From Octopus sinensis (lineage: Eukaryota), in contig NC_043002.1 in NCBI RefSeq assembly GCF_006345805.1, forward strand, positions 992,001-1,056,000: DNA of 64,000 nucleotides, in the 5' to 3' direction. Under the pieces are notes generated by a model. It was not told where the DNA came from. It made no database searches and worked only from the letters and a program-made list of their open reading frames with translations. The position numbers were made by a program, and so were the translations under genes. Below, piece by piece: positions 62,293-64,000 of the stretch (position 1 is its first letter; each line of letters begins with the position of its first letter).

Positions 62293-62612
62293 TGGCATGA
62301 CGCTGGTAGACCGTCCAGGACTCGCAGCCGTAAAGTAGCGTTGTGAGAACAACAGCCCGGTACGCCTCGATCTTTGTCATGATGATGATCCTCCTCCTGT
62401 CCCAGACAGTCTTGTGTTGCCTGCCGAAGGCAGCGCTTGCCTTGGCGAGTCTGGCGTTGATTTCGCCACTGACGACAACATTTCTAGAAAGTGTGCTGTC
62501 AATGTAGGTGAACTTGTCCACCGCGTTCAGTCGCTGCCCGTTGATGGTGATGTTGGGTTCAACGTAGGACTTGGCTGGAGCTGGCTGATACATTACCTCA
62601 GTCTCTCTTTTG
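62293..62612 (-). mobile_element. RTE-clade (BovB-like) LINE fragment, RT C-terminal region
   Basis: TEVMYQPAPAKSYVEPNITINGQRLNAVDKFTYIDSTLSR...EINARLAKASAAFGR...YRAVVLTTLLYGCESWTVYQRHA, within ORF 62213-62671. Confidence 0.93.
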
Positions 62613-64000
62613 TATTGATAGTAAGGCCAAAGTAAGGCGCCGTTATGTAAATAATGTACATAATTCCTCATCTCTTAAATACAGAACTGTTTAGATAGAT
62701 AAGTTGAGAGGTAAAGAGAGGCGGGAGGTGGAGGGCAGTGGCGACATAGCGTCGGTTTATTGCCATTTCTATTGCTCCATCAAGTTGGCAGCTTAAAGAG
62801 TTTGAATAACATTGTGATCTGATGGCGATTTTTATCATTTCATATCGCTGATGTAAACTTTGAAATATTATGCGTTGCCTGAAAAAGAGAAGGAATCTGT
62901 TTTTCTTCCCAAAATGGCATCTCTGACGATAGTTTTTGAAGTAAATATATACAAAAGTTCAAGAATGTTTTGATTTACAACATTTTCATTTTATAAACCT
63001 AGAAAATCCAAGAGAACTTTCTACAGTTCCAATTACTACTGAGACCCTTTTTAAATACTGGTCGTCGTTTCGTCCAACAGTGTACTGTTCATTTGCTGAC
63101 TGAATTTCTGATTTAATTTAAAGGTAAATTTTGGACGGACATGGAGTGGATGTCACTTTAAACTACTCTTGTCATCTTTAATTATCTGACAACTAGTATT
63201 AAAAGGGATTGCAATGGGTTGACATTTAAAAGGACAGCTGAGATCACCGAGATGCATGTCATCTGAATTTCTTCCAGCCAAGAGCAAATGGATCAGTCAG
63301 CAGTCACGCACTGTAAATCATTCTTTCTATATTTGGTGATGATATCGTTATAGCAAGGTGCGAAACCTTTACTATAACTATTGCATGTTGCGCTTGTTGT
63401 ATACATGTTGATGCATGCATTTTGCGTGTTTGCATGTGATTAGGCGTATTTCAGGTGGCTATTAGCTCCATATCGAATTAGACCAATTAGCTGATCCTGC
63501 AAAAGTTTGTAACAATCCAAGACTCACCACTAAAAGTATGACGCCTCATGTTCTGGATGTCACAATATTGCCAGGAAAATTTGCAGGTGTCAGTTGTTTC
63601 ATTGCCATAACAACACTGAAATCAATTGGTGTACTATTTGAAATTTGAAGGCGTTAATTTCAATCATCATCATTATCATCAATAAATCTTAAGGGCAATC
63701 ATTGAAAGTTTTTGAACTGAACCAGGCAGATCCAGCCTTTCCACATGGTTAGAATTTTGTTTCCTCCAAGGTTTTGGAATGAACAAGTAGCCGAACGAGA
63801 ATGTTCCCAGTCATTCATACTTCAATGATGCTAGACGCAGTTCTTAATTCCTCATTCATACAGTTCCTAATGCATCTTCACATCTCCACAATACTGCTCA
63901 GTGGTTTTTTGGATAACTTACCCAAGCATCACCAGGTACATTAGAATTTAAAGCAGAACATACAGGGAATGAATTAACTTCAACTAATATATGGGGCTCA

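Noticed and set aside
63700-64000. Slightly GC-richer end segment as an exon of a second gene
   Set aside because: There is no convincing splice pair, sustained frame or recognisable peptide.

Overview
AT-rich, microsatellite- and transposon-dense animal genomic DNA. The tRNA-derived SINEs with (CAT)n or (TAT)n tails and the RTE LINEs look like those of octopus; the cephalopod assignment is inferred from recall, not searched. The only host gene I can support is the terminal coding exon of WDR37 (+, 45147-45269). I found no earlier WDR37 exon, so much of 1-45146 may be one long intron. The rest is TE debris: several RTE-clade LINE fragments, a full-length but dead mariner with TIRs and TA target sites, an internally deleted Tx1/L1-like LINE, a Penelope-like remnant, a Helitron helicase fragment, a non-autonomous Helentron-like element, over 20 SINE copies, and mini/microsatellites. 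The most notable signal is a set of hammerhead-ribozyme-like cores. One at 52738-52782 folds as a complete minimal type I hammerhead, and degenerate ones lie at about 18150-18235, 35651-35820 and 58612-58655. There are also several near-perfect inverted duplications, consistent with Penelope-like element footprints. All assignments come from reading by eye; no searches or folding programs were run.
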